From positions 23,385 through 87,384 of IMG/VR virus record IMGVR_UViG_3300009104_000008: a DNA stretch of 64,000 nt. One strand, 5' to 3'. Every line of letters starts with the position of its first letter. Position 1 is the first letter of the stretch. The position numbers and the translations under genes are program-made. Under the pieces are notes generated by a model. The model had not been told where the DNA came from. It saw only the letters and a program-made list of their open reading frames with translations, and ran no database searches. Positions 1 to 9,294 of the stretch are shown here, in pieces. This DNA is from a virus.

Positions 1-159
1 TAATCCACTAGCGGCACTAAACGGGTTTGATGCGGCATCATGGGGCGTTCCGAATCCACCAACAACACCAGAACTCTTCAATAGAGCATTACCAGCAGGG
101 CCAGTTAATCCGTATGTTGCGGCTTCTAAGTCTTTTAATGTGTTTGTATATCCTGTCAT
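1..159 (-). CDS. Probable major capsid protein, N-terminal part (runs off window)
   Basis: ATG at 159 with GGAGATGA RBS, open to the window edge (MTGYTNTLKDLEAATYG...), directly downstream of the prohead protease; assignment by synteny. Confidence 0.6.
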   Translation of the reverse strand, partial: MTGYTNTLKDLEAATYGLTGPAGNALLKSSGVVGGFGTPHDAASNPFSAASGL

Positions 160-172
160 TTAATTCATCTCC

Positions 173-1366
173 TTAAAATTTCCTCGCTAAATTGTGAATA
201 TCTCCCCATGACATATCTGATAAATCATCTATGCTTGTTGGGAAGCCTTCAGGTAGAGAAACTGTTGATTCCTCTTTTACTATTTGCGAATTTTCTGTTG
301 TTAATGATTTGCGTAGGTCTGCGAACTGCTCCTTTAGTTCGGCTACTTCTGAACGAGCGTCATATTCATTTCGCTCTACAGTTGCCTTTCTAACTGATTG
401 CTCTGTAGCAAACCTTTCCTCAAATTGCTTGTTCATACTATCATAAGCAATCTTTTCTAGTTGTTCTGCCTTATACTGTTCGTATGCCTTTTCGACATTC
501 TCTGCAGTTAAGTCAAGCGTGGTGAATTCAGCCGAATCCCATTCTTTTGAAACCTTTAGTGGAGCAGGTGTTGCAGTTGGCGTTCCACCACTTACTACTT
601 CTTCTCCGGCTTCATAATCACGGGTGCTATCTTCATCCAGTGCTTTTTCTGCTTCATCTTCGCCTAAAGACTCGTCAGATAACTCTAACTCCTCTTCGGC
701 ATCACTCTCAGTTTCCATGTATTCCATGTCTGCCTCAAGTGGCGTTTCTTCCTCCTTTTGGAGTTCATTAACCTGCTTCATTAGGTCATTCAACTCCTCA
801 AGGGCTTTTTCCAATTTTTCTGTCATTTTCTTTTCACCTTTGTTTTTTTCTTCTTTTAATATGTCAAATTTTGCTTCGGGGTTTATTCCTTTTTCACATA
901 TTGTGACTTCGTGTAACTCTAACTCGTCAATTTCATTATATTCGCCAAAATCATCTGATTTTCTTTTGCGCTTTGAAATTGCTTGTCCTCCTATACTAAA
1001 TGAGCGTAATGTGCCTTTTCTAATACTTCTTGATATTTCTTTGGCCTTTTCAATATCATCTCTTAATTTAATAACAACATAAAATCCTACATCATCAACA
1101 TGAGATTTATGGACTACTCCGTTCTTATCTCTATAAGAATCTACTACTTCTCCTACTTGAACATTTGAATGATTAGACATTACATTTCTGAATTTCTTTT
1201 CTCCCATGTAATCTTTAACTGCTTTTTGTAATGCTTGTAAAGTAATTAAATCATTTTGCTTGTCTACCATTTCTATTGAAGCATATCCACCTATAATTAA
1301 ATCATCTGACTTTAGTATTGTGAAGCCTTTGGTTTCTTGTTCCATTAGAACTGGTTGCTCTAACAT
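173..1366 (-). CDS. HK97-type prohead protease with C-terminal acidic/coiled-coil scaffold region
   Basis: IIGGYAS...DKQND, MSNH, LRSFSIGG, LHEVTICEKGINPEA motifs, followed by an acidic helical tail. Confidence 0.9.
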   Translation of the reverse strand: MLEQPVLMEQETKGFTILKSDDLIIGGYASIEMVDKQNDLITLQALQKAVKDYMGEKKFRNVMSNHSNVQVGEVVDSYRDKNGVVHKSHVDDVGFYVVIKLRDDIEKAKEISRSIRKGTLRSFSIGGQAISKRKRKSDDFGEYNEIDELELHEVTICEKGINPEAKFDILKEEKNKGEKKMTEKLEKALEELNDLMKQVNELQKEEETPLEADMEYMETESDAEEELELSDESLGEDEAEKALDEDSTRDYEAGEEVVSGGTPTATPAPLKVSKEWDSAEFTTLDLTAENVEKAYEQYKAEQLEKIAYDSMNKQFEERFATEQSVRKATVERNEYDARSEVAELKEQFADLRKSLTTENSQIVKEESTVSLPEGFPTSIDDLSDMSWGDIHNLARKF

Positions 1367-1395
1367 GAACTACACTTCGACTTTCACTATATGAA

Positions 1396-3942
1396 CTAAG
1401 CGGGGTTGCCTTCGGGCAGGGGTAAATTTTTATACCTATCTTCAGTAATATCCCATAAACCATCGTCTTCTTTTGATTCTAACATAGTTTGTTTTGTTCC
1501 TGTCCAAACAACCCAATGCTTTTTATCATTCAAAGGAACGACCCTAAGATGTAATCTAGTGTCAAATTTATCCCCTTGTATCTTAAATTCATGATAACCG
1601 TGTCTTTGAACGCCAAGAGTAATAATTCCTTTATCTAATATTTTACCTTCTCTAGCATTACCTAAAACAACTTTGGCAGGAAATTTATTAGATTTACCAA
1701 ATAAGTTATAAACATCAGAAGTATCTTCAATATCTATTAACCACGCTAGTCTTTTTTCATTTACAATATAAATTAATAAAAGATTATCATCTTCAGTAGT
1801 TGTAATTGTGAATTTACCTTTTTTTGGGTTAATTTTCTCATCTTTTGCTATTGCAGATGGGTTTGCTGAAAATTTATCATTAGCGCGGTCATAAACAATA
1901 TCTTCTTGTTTAATTAGCCACTTTTTCAATTTCTTAGAATCTCCATCAAACGCTGGCCCTTCAAAATGTTCAATATAATTTTCTAACACAAATTCTTGTA
2001 TTGTATCAAATTCTACTTGGTCATCCCATTCAATTAATTTATTTTTAATGCCCATTCTTAATTCAGAACGCACACTTTTAAGCGCAATTTGTAAATCTTC
2101 TTTCCAAACATCTATATCATATAGTGCTTGTTTCTCCATTAAACTATCACCATTAAAACCGTAAATAGTAAATCCATCTAAATTAGATTTCATAAGAATT
2201 TCTGCTTCCCCATGTATTTCATCAGTAATATACATTTTCTTTACGCCTTTTAATTTATATTGAAATGGCTTATCTAAATCTTCCCAAATTGATTTCTTGG
2301 CTTTGTCTGATAACAACTCTAAAGTCTCTAATTTATCTGATTGAGTTACTTCAGGGATTTCAATAACCTTTGCTGAAAATAAACTAAAACCTTCTTTAGT
2401 TTTCTTTACCTCATCCACCTTAACTCTAACAATACTACCCACCTTAACAGATTGCTTAGTATTTAGTGCTTTACCTACAGAAAGATAGGCTTTATCTTTT
2501 AATTCTACAGTCTTATATGAACGGGCTTGTTCAGCAGTTAATGGGCCTATACCTAAAGTATATGAATGAAGCCCACTTTTTGTTTCTTTACTATCTAAAA
2601 TAATAACATCTAAATCAACAAATTTCTTCCATTTAACCCACTTAGGGTTTTTCTTAGAACCTAACTGGTAAGTAGATTCAATGTCCTTAATTACAACTCC
2701 CTCAGAAGCAGGTAAATTCATTATTTCCTCCGCATAATCACCTACTTCTTTTATAGAATCTGCAATTCTAGTATCTTTCTTTGAAGGATATGCCAATTCT
2801 TCAGATGAATGTTGGGCATATTGATATAGCAGAATATTAATTCTTTCTCTCAAAGGTTCATCTAATAAATCCTTATCATCATGTTCCATAATATCAAATA
2901 CATGAAGCCTTAATTGACCACCCTCAATGGGCTTCTTAAAAATGTGTGAAATTGTGGCGGCTCTATGAAGTGCTTTACCATTTTTAAATAGCATTAACTC
3001 CCCATCTAAAATACAATTGCCTATATGTTTCTTATCTAACCTTTCTATTTGTTCTGAACATTTATCAGAAATATCTTTTTGATTATAAGAAAGGATTTTA
3101 ATTGTTTTACCGTTTTTATGAATTTGCACTCTCATGCCGTCATATTTTTCTTGAATTACATATTCACCAGAAAAACCTTTCAGTTGCTCTAGGTCTTTTA
3201 ATTCAAATATCCTATACATTGGTTTATTAGGAACTAGGAAATTAATCTCTGACTTCTCAGCCTCGCTTTTCTCAGATTTTTTAATATCTATCTCAATTAA
3301 CGCATTCCATTCCTTTTCATTATATTCCTCAAGAAACACCTTTTTTAGTATAGATAAAACACTCTTAAATTTGGTTTTGATGCGCTTAGTATCTTTATCT
3401 TCCCCATAGTGCTCTGAAATGTATAAGGGTATATCTTTCATCTCTAAATCTAATCCATTTGCATTTTGAGTTATTTCATCGGGCTTAAGGCCGTGTTTTT
3501 CCCATGCCGATGCGGGGATTGGTAGGGAATGTTTGCGAAGGGCATAGTGAATAAAGGCGGCGAAGACACTAGAATTACTGAGTAATACATCAATTACTTC
3601 TTCGCCTAACTGATTAGCGAATGGGTCGCCAACTTCTTTAGAATCAAACCTCATTTCTTTGACTGCATCATATAGCCTCTTGGCTTGAGTTGATTCAGGG
3701 TTTTCAGCCCCATCATCAAATAAGTTATCTTCATCAATGTATTTCTTTAATACTCTAGTAAAAGAATCTAAACCATCAAACGACTCACGAATAGACTTAA
3801 CTGTTGCTCTCCATTTTTTACCGTATTTATTTGGGTCTTCTTTTGCAGATAAGTAAGAATAGCGAGTCCTCTCAAAGAAATCTAAAACACGCTTGGATAG
3901 CGCATTTTTTTCTTTTTCAAAGGAAACGCCAGATATAGCCAT
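1396..3942 (-). CDS. Large ATP-dependent DNA ligase-domain protein with N-terminal extension and C-terminal LigD phosphoesterase-like region
   Basis: QEKYDG, ILDGEL, VFDIM, EGVVIK, WVKWK motifs plus OB domain; C-terminal ILDKG...HEFKIQGDKF...HWVVW. Confidence 0.8.
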   Translation of the reverse strand: MAISGVSFEKEKNALSKRVLDFFERTRYSYLSAKEDPNKYGKKWRATVKSIRESFDGLDSFTRVLKKYIDEDNLFDDGAENPESTQAKRLYDAVKEMRFDSKEVGDPFANQLGEEVIDVLLSNSSVFAAFIHYALRKHSLPIPASAWEKHGLKPDEITQNANGLDLEMKDIPLYISEHYGEDKDTKRIKTKFKSVLSILKKVFLEEYNEKEWNALIEIDIKKSEKSEAEKSEINFLVPNKPMYRIFELKDLEQLKGFSGEYVIQEKYDGMRVQIHKNGKTIKILSYNQKDISDKCSEQIERLDKKHIGNCILDGELMLFKNGKALHRAATISHIFKKPIEGGQLRLHVFDIMEHDDKDLLDEPLRERINILLYQYAQHSSEELAYPSKKDTRIADSIKEVGDYAEEIMNLPASEGVVIKDIESTYQLGSKKNPKWVKWKKFVDLDVIILDSKETKSGLHSYTLGIGPLTAEQARSYKTVELKDKAYLSVGKALNTKQSVKVGSIVRVKVDEVKKTKEGFSLFSAKVIEIPEVTQSDKLETLELLSDKAKKSIWEDLDKPFQYKLKGVKKMYITDEIHGEAEILMKSNLDGFTIYGFNGDSLMEKQALYDIDVWKEDLQIALKSVRSELRMGIKNKLIEWDDQVEFDTIQEFVLENYIEHFEGPAFDGDSKKLKKWLIKQEDIVYDRANDKFSANPSAIAKDEKINPKKGKFTITTTEDDNLLLIYIVNEKRLAWLIDIEDTSDVYNLFGKSNKFPAKVVLGNAREGKILDKGIITLGVQRHGYHEFKIQGDKFDTRLHLRVVPLNDKKHWVVWTGTKQTMLESKEDDGLWDITEDRYKNLPLPEGNPA

Positions 3943-3957
3943 TAACTACACTCTCAA

Positions 3958-4413
3958 TCAATTCTGAGCGTGACCGGATAATCCAGAAACATCTCTTAAT
4001 TCAAATAATTGGTTATTAAGTCGCTTTGCTTCTGCAAAAAATCTATCTTCTGATATTAACTTATTAGTGTATTTATTTACTAATTCACTATATTCTTCAT
4101 GTAACATCGCTACCGTATCTCGTAATTCATCTTCACCTGTATAATCATATTTTGCAAACGCATCAAATACAGCATTTAAAGATTTAATTATGTCATCTGC
4201 TTTACCAACATAACCATATCCTTCATCACCTGTTGGATTTTTTATCTTTTCTTCAGATGGATTTTTCTTAGGTCTTTTTAATTTAATATCTTCACCCATT
4301 GTATCTGCATCATTAGCCACAGTAGTTCCATCTTGGAACTCGGCTAATACTTCCTTCGCTTTCATTATTGCTACTTCAACTAATTTTTCTTCTTTTGTTA
4401 CTTTTTCAGGCAT
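3958..4413 (-). CDS. Hypothetical head-module protein
   Basis: ORF with GGTGA RBS in a tightly packed operon. Confidence 0.7.
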   Translation of the reverse strand: MPEKVTKEEKLVEVAIMKAKEVLAEFQDGTTVANDADTMGEDIKLKRPKKNPSEEKIKNPTGDEGYGYVGKADDIIKSLNAVFDAFAKYDYTGEDELRDTVAMLHEEYSELVNKYTNKLISEDRFFAEAKRLNNQLFELRDVSGLSGHAQN

Positions 4414-4414
4414 T

Positions 4415-4654
4415 TCAATTCACCCCTAATTGTTCAACGATTTTATGTATGTCATCCCATTCCATCTTAGAAATAATATCACCTGTTGGGGTTGCATTAT
4501 TACCCATTGCTGGTTTAGGAGTATTAACCTTAACATAACCAGATTTCATTAATAGGTTATCTTGATTATACACCGTTTCTTCTAAACTTTTTACTTTTTC
4601 TACTAACTCTTTTAAGAGCATTAACATTTCATTTTCTTCTGTCATTTTATTCAC
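4415..4654 (-). CDS. Hypothetical protein; C-terminus (MEWDDIHKIV) resembles the protease/scaffold C-terminus (MSWGDIHNLA)
   Basis: ORF with GAGGTGA RBS; motif similarity. Confidence 0.7.
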   Translation of the reverse strand: MNKMTEENEMLMLLKELVEKVKSLEETVYNQDNLLMKSGYVKVNTPKPAMGNNATPTGDIISKMEWDDIHKIVEQLGVN

Positions 4655-4655
4655 C

Positions 4656-4976
4656 TCAATATCGTGGGTCTATTCCCAATTCCTTATAATCTCTTTCCAT
4701 CAATTTTTCTAATAAACGAAATTCTTTTGAGTTATCATCAAATGGGTTTTCATTCCAAATTTTTTCAAGTATTACTCTTCCACTATTTTGATATTTATCC
4801 TGCATATCATTTAGTTCTCTAAAATCTGCTTCTCTGCTTTCCATATATTCCTTCACTGATTTTTCTGTAGTTTGTCCTTCTTCAAATTCTGCTTGATTTA
4901 GTTCTAACCAAGTTTGAAACGAATACTCTTTCTTAATTGTTTTATCTTTTTTAACTGTTGTTTTCCAATCATTCAT
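4656..4976 (-). CDS. Hypothetical protein with N-terminal W-motif (MNDWKTTVKK)
   Basis: In-operon ORF; start refined to 4976. Confidence 0.65.
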   Translation of the reverse strand: MNDWKTTVKKDKTIKKEYSFQTWLELNQAEFEEGQTTEKSVKEYMESREADFRELNDMQDKYQNSGRVILEKIWNENPFDDNSKEFRLLEKLMERDYKELGIDPRY

Positions 4977-5223
4977 GTTCTTCATCTTCCTCATATTCAA
5001 AATCTTCTAACAGCATATCTTCATATTCAGATAATCCTATTCTATATGCTGTGGAATCTACTTGTTCTAAAACCCAAGATGGAGAATAGGATAAACTACC
5101 TATTTTAATTTCACCTTGTTCATCTAACGCTTCATTAAATAAATCTCTAATATCTGATTCACTATATTCCTCACGAAACGCTTTCTCTTTTTTATCTTCT
5201 TTTAATATATCTTTCCAACTCAT
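4969..5223 (-). CDS. Acidic hypothetical protein with W-motif (MSWKDILKE)
   Basis: ATGA overlap with upstream gene, GGTGA RBS. Confidence 0.7.
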   Translation of the reverse strand: MSWKDILKEDKKEKAFREEYSESDIRDLFNEALDEQGEIKIGSLSYSPSWVLEQVDSTAYRIGLSEYEDMLLEDFEYEEDEEHE

Positions 5224-5765
5224 TTCATATCACCTTTACTTTTTGGATATACAATCCCTCTTAATTGATTGTATAGAGTTTCATAATCTTTTCTTAATTC
5301 TGCGGCAGATGCTACAATATCTAAATTAGTTTCTTCAAAACCTTTCATCTTTTTAGATAATTTTTCATCTGACTTAATCAAATCTAACTTTTGCATTTCA
5401 TCTATTAAATTAGATAGTTTAGTTAAATCTTGTCCAAAGTATTCAGTTGGTTGAGCAGACTGTAATACTTTCTTTAATCTCTTTTTCTCCTTACCTTCTA
5501 ATTTAGAAAGAAGACCAATATCTGCCTTTTCAAGTGTTTTCTTTTTATCTGGCATAAATAAGAAAGGGTCAAGGTCTTTAGTCCAATCTTTAGTAGGTAA
5601 ATCTAATTCATTATAACAACTCTCACAAAGGGTTGCGCTTTCTCCTTTCTTGCCCGAATGAAAGTCTTTTGGCATAGACTCGACAGGATGGGATTCTCCA
5701 TCTTCAATTCTATCCCCACATTCATCACAAAATTCATCTGCTTTTAATATATCTTTCCAACTCAT
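5220..5765 (-). CDS. W-motif protein with CxxC...CxxC zinc finger and helical C-terminal domain
   Basis: MSWKDILKA, CDEC, CESC; ATGA overlaps. Confidence 0.7.
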   Translation of the reverse strand: MSWKDILKADEFCDECGDRIEDGESHPVESMPKDFHSGKKGESATLCESCYNELDLPTKDWTKDLDPFLFMPDKKKTLEKADIGLLSKLEGKEKKRLKKVLQSAQPTEYFGQDLTKLSNLIDEMQKLDLIKSDEKLSKKMKGFEETNLDIVASAAELRKDYETLYNQLRGIVYPKSKGDMK

Positions 5766-7123
5766 TCTTTTTCCCCCATTTCTTCAAATGCTTCTTTAAC
5801 ATATTTGAATTTCTCTTCTAATTTATCTTCTGAATAATCATCAGAAATATCATTAACCAATAAAGAACTATCTAATTTTATTCCTCTTAATTTAGCAATA
5901 TAATATATAAAAGCATACTGTTCTGTTGTGGCCTTTATTTCAGATTGATATTGAGGTTTCTGTAAATCTGCTATTCCAATTTCTAATTTTGGTTTCTTCT
6001 TTTCTTCACCAAATAATTCTTCATATTCTTCTGGTTCAATTTCATCAGGAACAACATTGTAATAGTATTCCACTTCTTCTTCATCGTCTAATAAATCAAG
6101 TAGTCTCATTTCAATTGTTTCTCCATAATCTAAAAGTGTATTTTCTTTTATATTAAAGTAAAATTTAATTTCATCAAAACCTGCACTAGGATTTAGTGCC
6201 TTTTCAATATCTTTTAATAATTTAGATAAACTAAGGTTAAAGAAATCATGTATTTTAACTTCTTCTGCAAACTTAAATCGCCTTGTTTTCATACCTACAT
6301 CTTTTAATATAGCCTTAAATATTTCTATTCCTGTTTCACCATCAAATTCATCATTTAAAATAGCAAGAGTTGATTGTGCTAATTTACCATCTTCATAATT
6401 TTTTAAGAAAATATCAATTGTTTTTTGTGAATTAAAACCAGAAGAATTAGACAAGTCTGTATAATGACCATACCAATTTTCTTTTAAATCACTTATTGCA
6501 TATTCTTTAATTACTTTTTCTAACTTATTATTGAAATTAGTAAAGTCTTTCTTTTCAGGTTTTATACTTCTTTTATATCTCTTAATAAATTCCTTCAAAG
6601 TTCCTATGGCTTTATCTATCTCTTTAACAATTTTAGGATTTTCAATTAATAAATCTGCTATATCATCTGATACAAATTCACGAAGAGAATCAGGATTGTC
6701 TAATCTTCCTTCATTTAACACAATCAAATATGTATCTGGAATTTTATTTATCTCATTTAATACAGAAGAAAACACATCTATGTGATTGTTAATAGCAACA
6801 ATAAGAGAATCTTTATCCAAAACCTTTGGTGCAAGTTCTCCTGTTTTTGTATTTATTTTTCGCTCATTAGCATATTTTCCTTTTCTAGAAGGAACAACCA
6901 TTAAATCGCTATCTGTAAATTTTCTTCTAACCTTTCCCATAAAGGAATCTGGAGTATTGTTTATTGTCCTTTCTAAATTGCGAATAAAATGTGGTTCTAT
7001 ATCCAACTCATCTCTTAATATATCTTTAACATTACCACTAAGTTCTTTTAAGATTTCATCTGAAGCAGGTCGGGAAATCTCCCTAAATAGTTCTGCTTTA
7101 GATAAAACTGGCATATTCACCAC
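5762..7123 (-). CDS. Hypothetical protein (453 aa)
   Basis: Long ORF in operon; no motif recognised. Confidence 0.75.
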   Translation of the reverse strand: MVNMPVLSKAELFREISRPASDEILKELSGNVKDILRDELDIEPHFIRNLERTINNTPDSFMGKVRRKFTDSDLMVVPSRKGKYANERKINTKTGELAPKVLDKDSLIVAINNHIDVFSSVLNEINKIPDTYLIVLNEGRLDNPDSLREFVSDDIADLLIENPKIVKEIDKAIGTLKEFIKRYKRSIKPEKKDFTNFNNKLEKVIKEYAISDLKENWYGHYTDLSNSSGFNSQKTIDIFLKNYEDGKLAQSTLAILNDEFDGETGIEIFKAILKDVGMKTRRFKFAEEVKIHDFFNLSLSKLLKDIEKALNPSAGFDEIKFYFNIKENTLLDYGETIEMRLLDLLDDEEEVEYYYNVVPDEIEPEEYEELFGEEKKKPKLEIGIADLQKPQYQSEIKATTEQYAFIYYIAKLRGIKLDSSLLVNDISDDYSEDKLEEKFKYVKEAFEEMGEKE

Positions 7124-7356
7124 TTATTTTCAGTTCGCCTTTTTTTCTTAGGCATTAGTATAACATCAGGAATATCATTAGAATCTGGAATCTTTTTCTC
7201 AACAGTTGTAGATATATCAATACCTACTGCGTCTAAATTCCGATTTATTTCTACTCTGTTATTATTGTGCATTTCTGCTCTTGCGTCTGCTAATTGCTTT
7301 TCTAATTCTTTTACTTTTGTTTCATCCATAATCTCACCTATTTCTTTTTTCTTCAT
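7117..7356 (-). CDS. Hypothetical protein
   Basis: In-operon ORF; probable start at MDETK after a GGTGA RBS. Confidence 0.6.
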   Translation of the reverse strand: MKKKEIGEIMDETKVKELEKQLADARAEMHNNNRVEINRNLDAVGIDISTTVEKKIPDSNDIPDVILMPKKKRRTENKW

Positions 7357-7594
7357 TTAAATTTCTTGTTGCCCTATCAATTAAACTTTGTTTTGGTTTA
7401 GGAAAATTACTAGCATATCTAGCATCAGGCAATGCAGGGCTTAAAGGGTTTTGAGTATACATTAAACAACTCCCATTATCACTAATAGTTACTTCTGACA
7501 AAGAACATTTAAATCCTTTATTATGTTTACATTTAGAAGCATAACAAACTGTTACTCGGCATTCAGCCTTATTTACTATATCTTTCCAACTCAT
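7334..7594 (-). CDS. Small Cys-rich W-motif protein (DUF1540-like Cys spacing)
   Basis: MSWKDIVNKA; C-x4-C-x4-C-x-HN-x3-C...C pattern. Confidence 0.65.
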   Translation of the reverse strand: MSWKDIVNKAECRVTVCYASKCKHNKGFKCSLSEVTISDNGSCLMYTQNPLSPALPDARYASNFPKPKQSLIDRATRNLNEEKRNR

Positions 7595-7595
7595 A

Positions 7596-9248
7596 TTAAC
7601 CTACTCTCCTTTCAGTTCTTTTATCCACATTTTCATTTCCAGCGTCTTTAGGTAAACCGCTAAATCTCTTGTCTGGCCCTACATTCATAGAGGGTTTATT
7701 CCTTGTGGCTGGCGGGTTCTCTTGGGGCTTACTTTTATTACCGGATAATGCTTCTTCTTGAAGTTGTCCTAATTGGGATGCATCTACATTAGTTCCTGCA
7801 TAAGGGTCTGTTTCAACTTCTCCCTCTTCTTCTTTTGGCCCTTGCATTTCAGGCTCAGGTTTAGTATAAGAAAATCTACCTTCATCATCCATTTCTATTT
7901 CAAATCCTAAATTTTTAATTGATGCAGCAATATTAACTTGCATTTCTCTTAACCTTAATTTAGCCATTTCATCTTCTTCTTCGGATGGTGGAAGTTTTAA
8001 TTTCCAATCAGTAACTCCAAATTCTTTAGTTACAAAGGGGAATACATAATTATTCCAAATTGTCTGAGCCATTTCTACTGCTCGATTAGTAACAAGTATC
8101 TGCATACCTTCATTATTTAGCCCACCGCTTGCAGAGTTATCGGCCATGAAGATTTTACTTACACCATAAAAACCAGAAACTCTATCCCTTAAGTCATCCT
8201 TCACAGATACATAATCCATTTCTTTTAGGCTATCCATGAATTTAATCCATTCAATAGACCCTTTCCCACCCTCTGATTCTATTCCCATGACAGGGATAAA
8301 GTGAGGGTCTTGTTCCATCTTCTCTTTGACTCCACGCCAAAATGATTTCATAGATTCAATGTTTCTAGTTTGAACTGCTAACAATCCTCTCGGCATTCTT
8401 GCCTTAGTATAAGATGAATTGATATAGTTATCCATAGCAATTAAAGTGGTAACGCTATTCCATAATGTAATTATAGGAGATAGACCATATAAACGGCTTG
8501 GTGTATATTTACTAAAGTGTAATACTTCTCCTTCTAAGAAATATTGTTCTTCCCCGTTTACTCTATTAACATAATGAATAGGATAAAGAACACTTGTATC
8601 GCAATGCTGGCAACGCCCTACCGCATCGTCTGAAATAAAATCACGATGCCTTAAACAAGTAAATCCGTTATTCCCCCGCTCTCCTTTTTCATCAGCATAA
8701 ATATGCATTGTTACGGGGTCGCCTCGATATACTTCATTAATGCGATGCATTGCGATTTCTGAATCGTTATCTAAGAAATATTCCTTTACTAGCACTAAAT
8801 AAGCATCATCCATTATGTTCAAATCATCTTCCATTTCTTTGAGAACATCAATAAACATTTGTTCTGAACTATTTATATATCCATCTAATAATTTTAGAAC
8901 ATATTTAAGTTGTTTAGGGTCGGGTTTACTTAACTTAGTCGAACCACATTCCACACATTCTACAGTAGGGGCTTGGTGTTCTTTACAACAACTATCACAT
9001 TTAACTACGAATTTTTCTTCCCAAAAATAACCTCGCCTAAATACTTCATTCTTAAGTTGAGTTACACAAGTTCTAACAACAACAGATTGATTTGCTATAT
9101 GATAAATAACTGGAGAAGTTAACATATAGGAGTTGTCTTTCTCTTGAATTCCCGGATTAAACACTTTCCTATCTACGGGCGTAGGAGTGCTTCTTCTGAA
9201 TAAGTTAGTAATACTAAACCTACGCTTTTCTTCTACCATAGTTGCCAC
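7596..9248 (-). CDS. Portal protein with zinc-ribbon insertions
   Basis: EVLHF...SRLYGLSPI and downstream portal-like segments; position between TerL and protease; CxxC pairs. Confidence 0.85.
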   Translation of the reverse strand: MATMVEEKRRFSITNLFRRSTPTPVDRKVFNPGIQEKDNSYMLTSPVIYHIANQSVVVRTCVTQLKNEVFRRGYFWEEKFVVKCDSCCKEHQAPTVECVECGSTKLSKPDPKQLKYVLKLLDGYINSSEQMFIDVLKEMEDDLNIMDDAYLVLVKEYFLDNDSEIAMHRINEVYRGDPVTMHIYADEKGERGNNGFTCLRHRDFISDDAVGRCQHCDTSVLYPIHYVNRVNGEEQYFLEGEVLHFSKYTPSRLYGLSPIITLWNSVTTLIAMDNYINSSYTKARMPRGLLAVQTRNIESMKSFWRGVKEKMEQDPHFIPVMGIESEGGKGSIEWIKFMDSLKEMDYVSVKDDLRDRVSGFYGVSKIFMADNSASGGLNNEGMQILVTNRAVEMAQTIWNNYVFPFVTKEFGVTDWKLKLPPSEEEDEMAKLRLREMQVNIAASIKNLGFEIEMDDEGRFSYTKPEPEMQGPKEEEGEVETDPYAGTNVDASQLGQLQEEALSGNKSKPQENPPATRNKPSMNVGPDKRFSGLPKDAGNENVDKRTERRVG

Positions 9249-9294
9249 TCTCCCTTATCAAGACGATAACGCAATTCCATATTAATGTTTGGAT

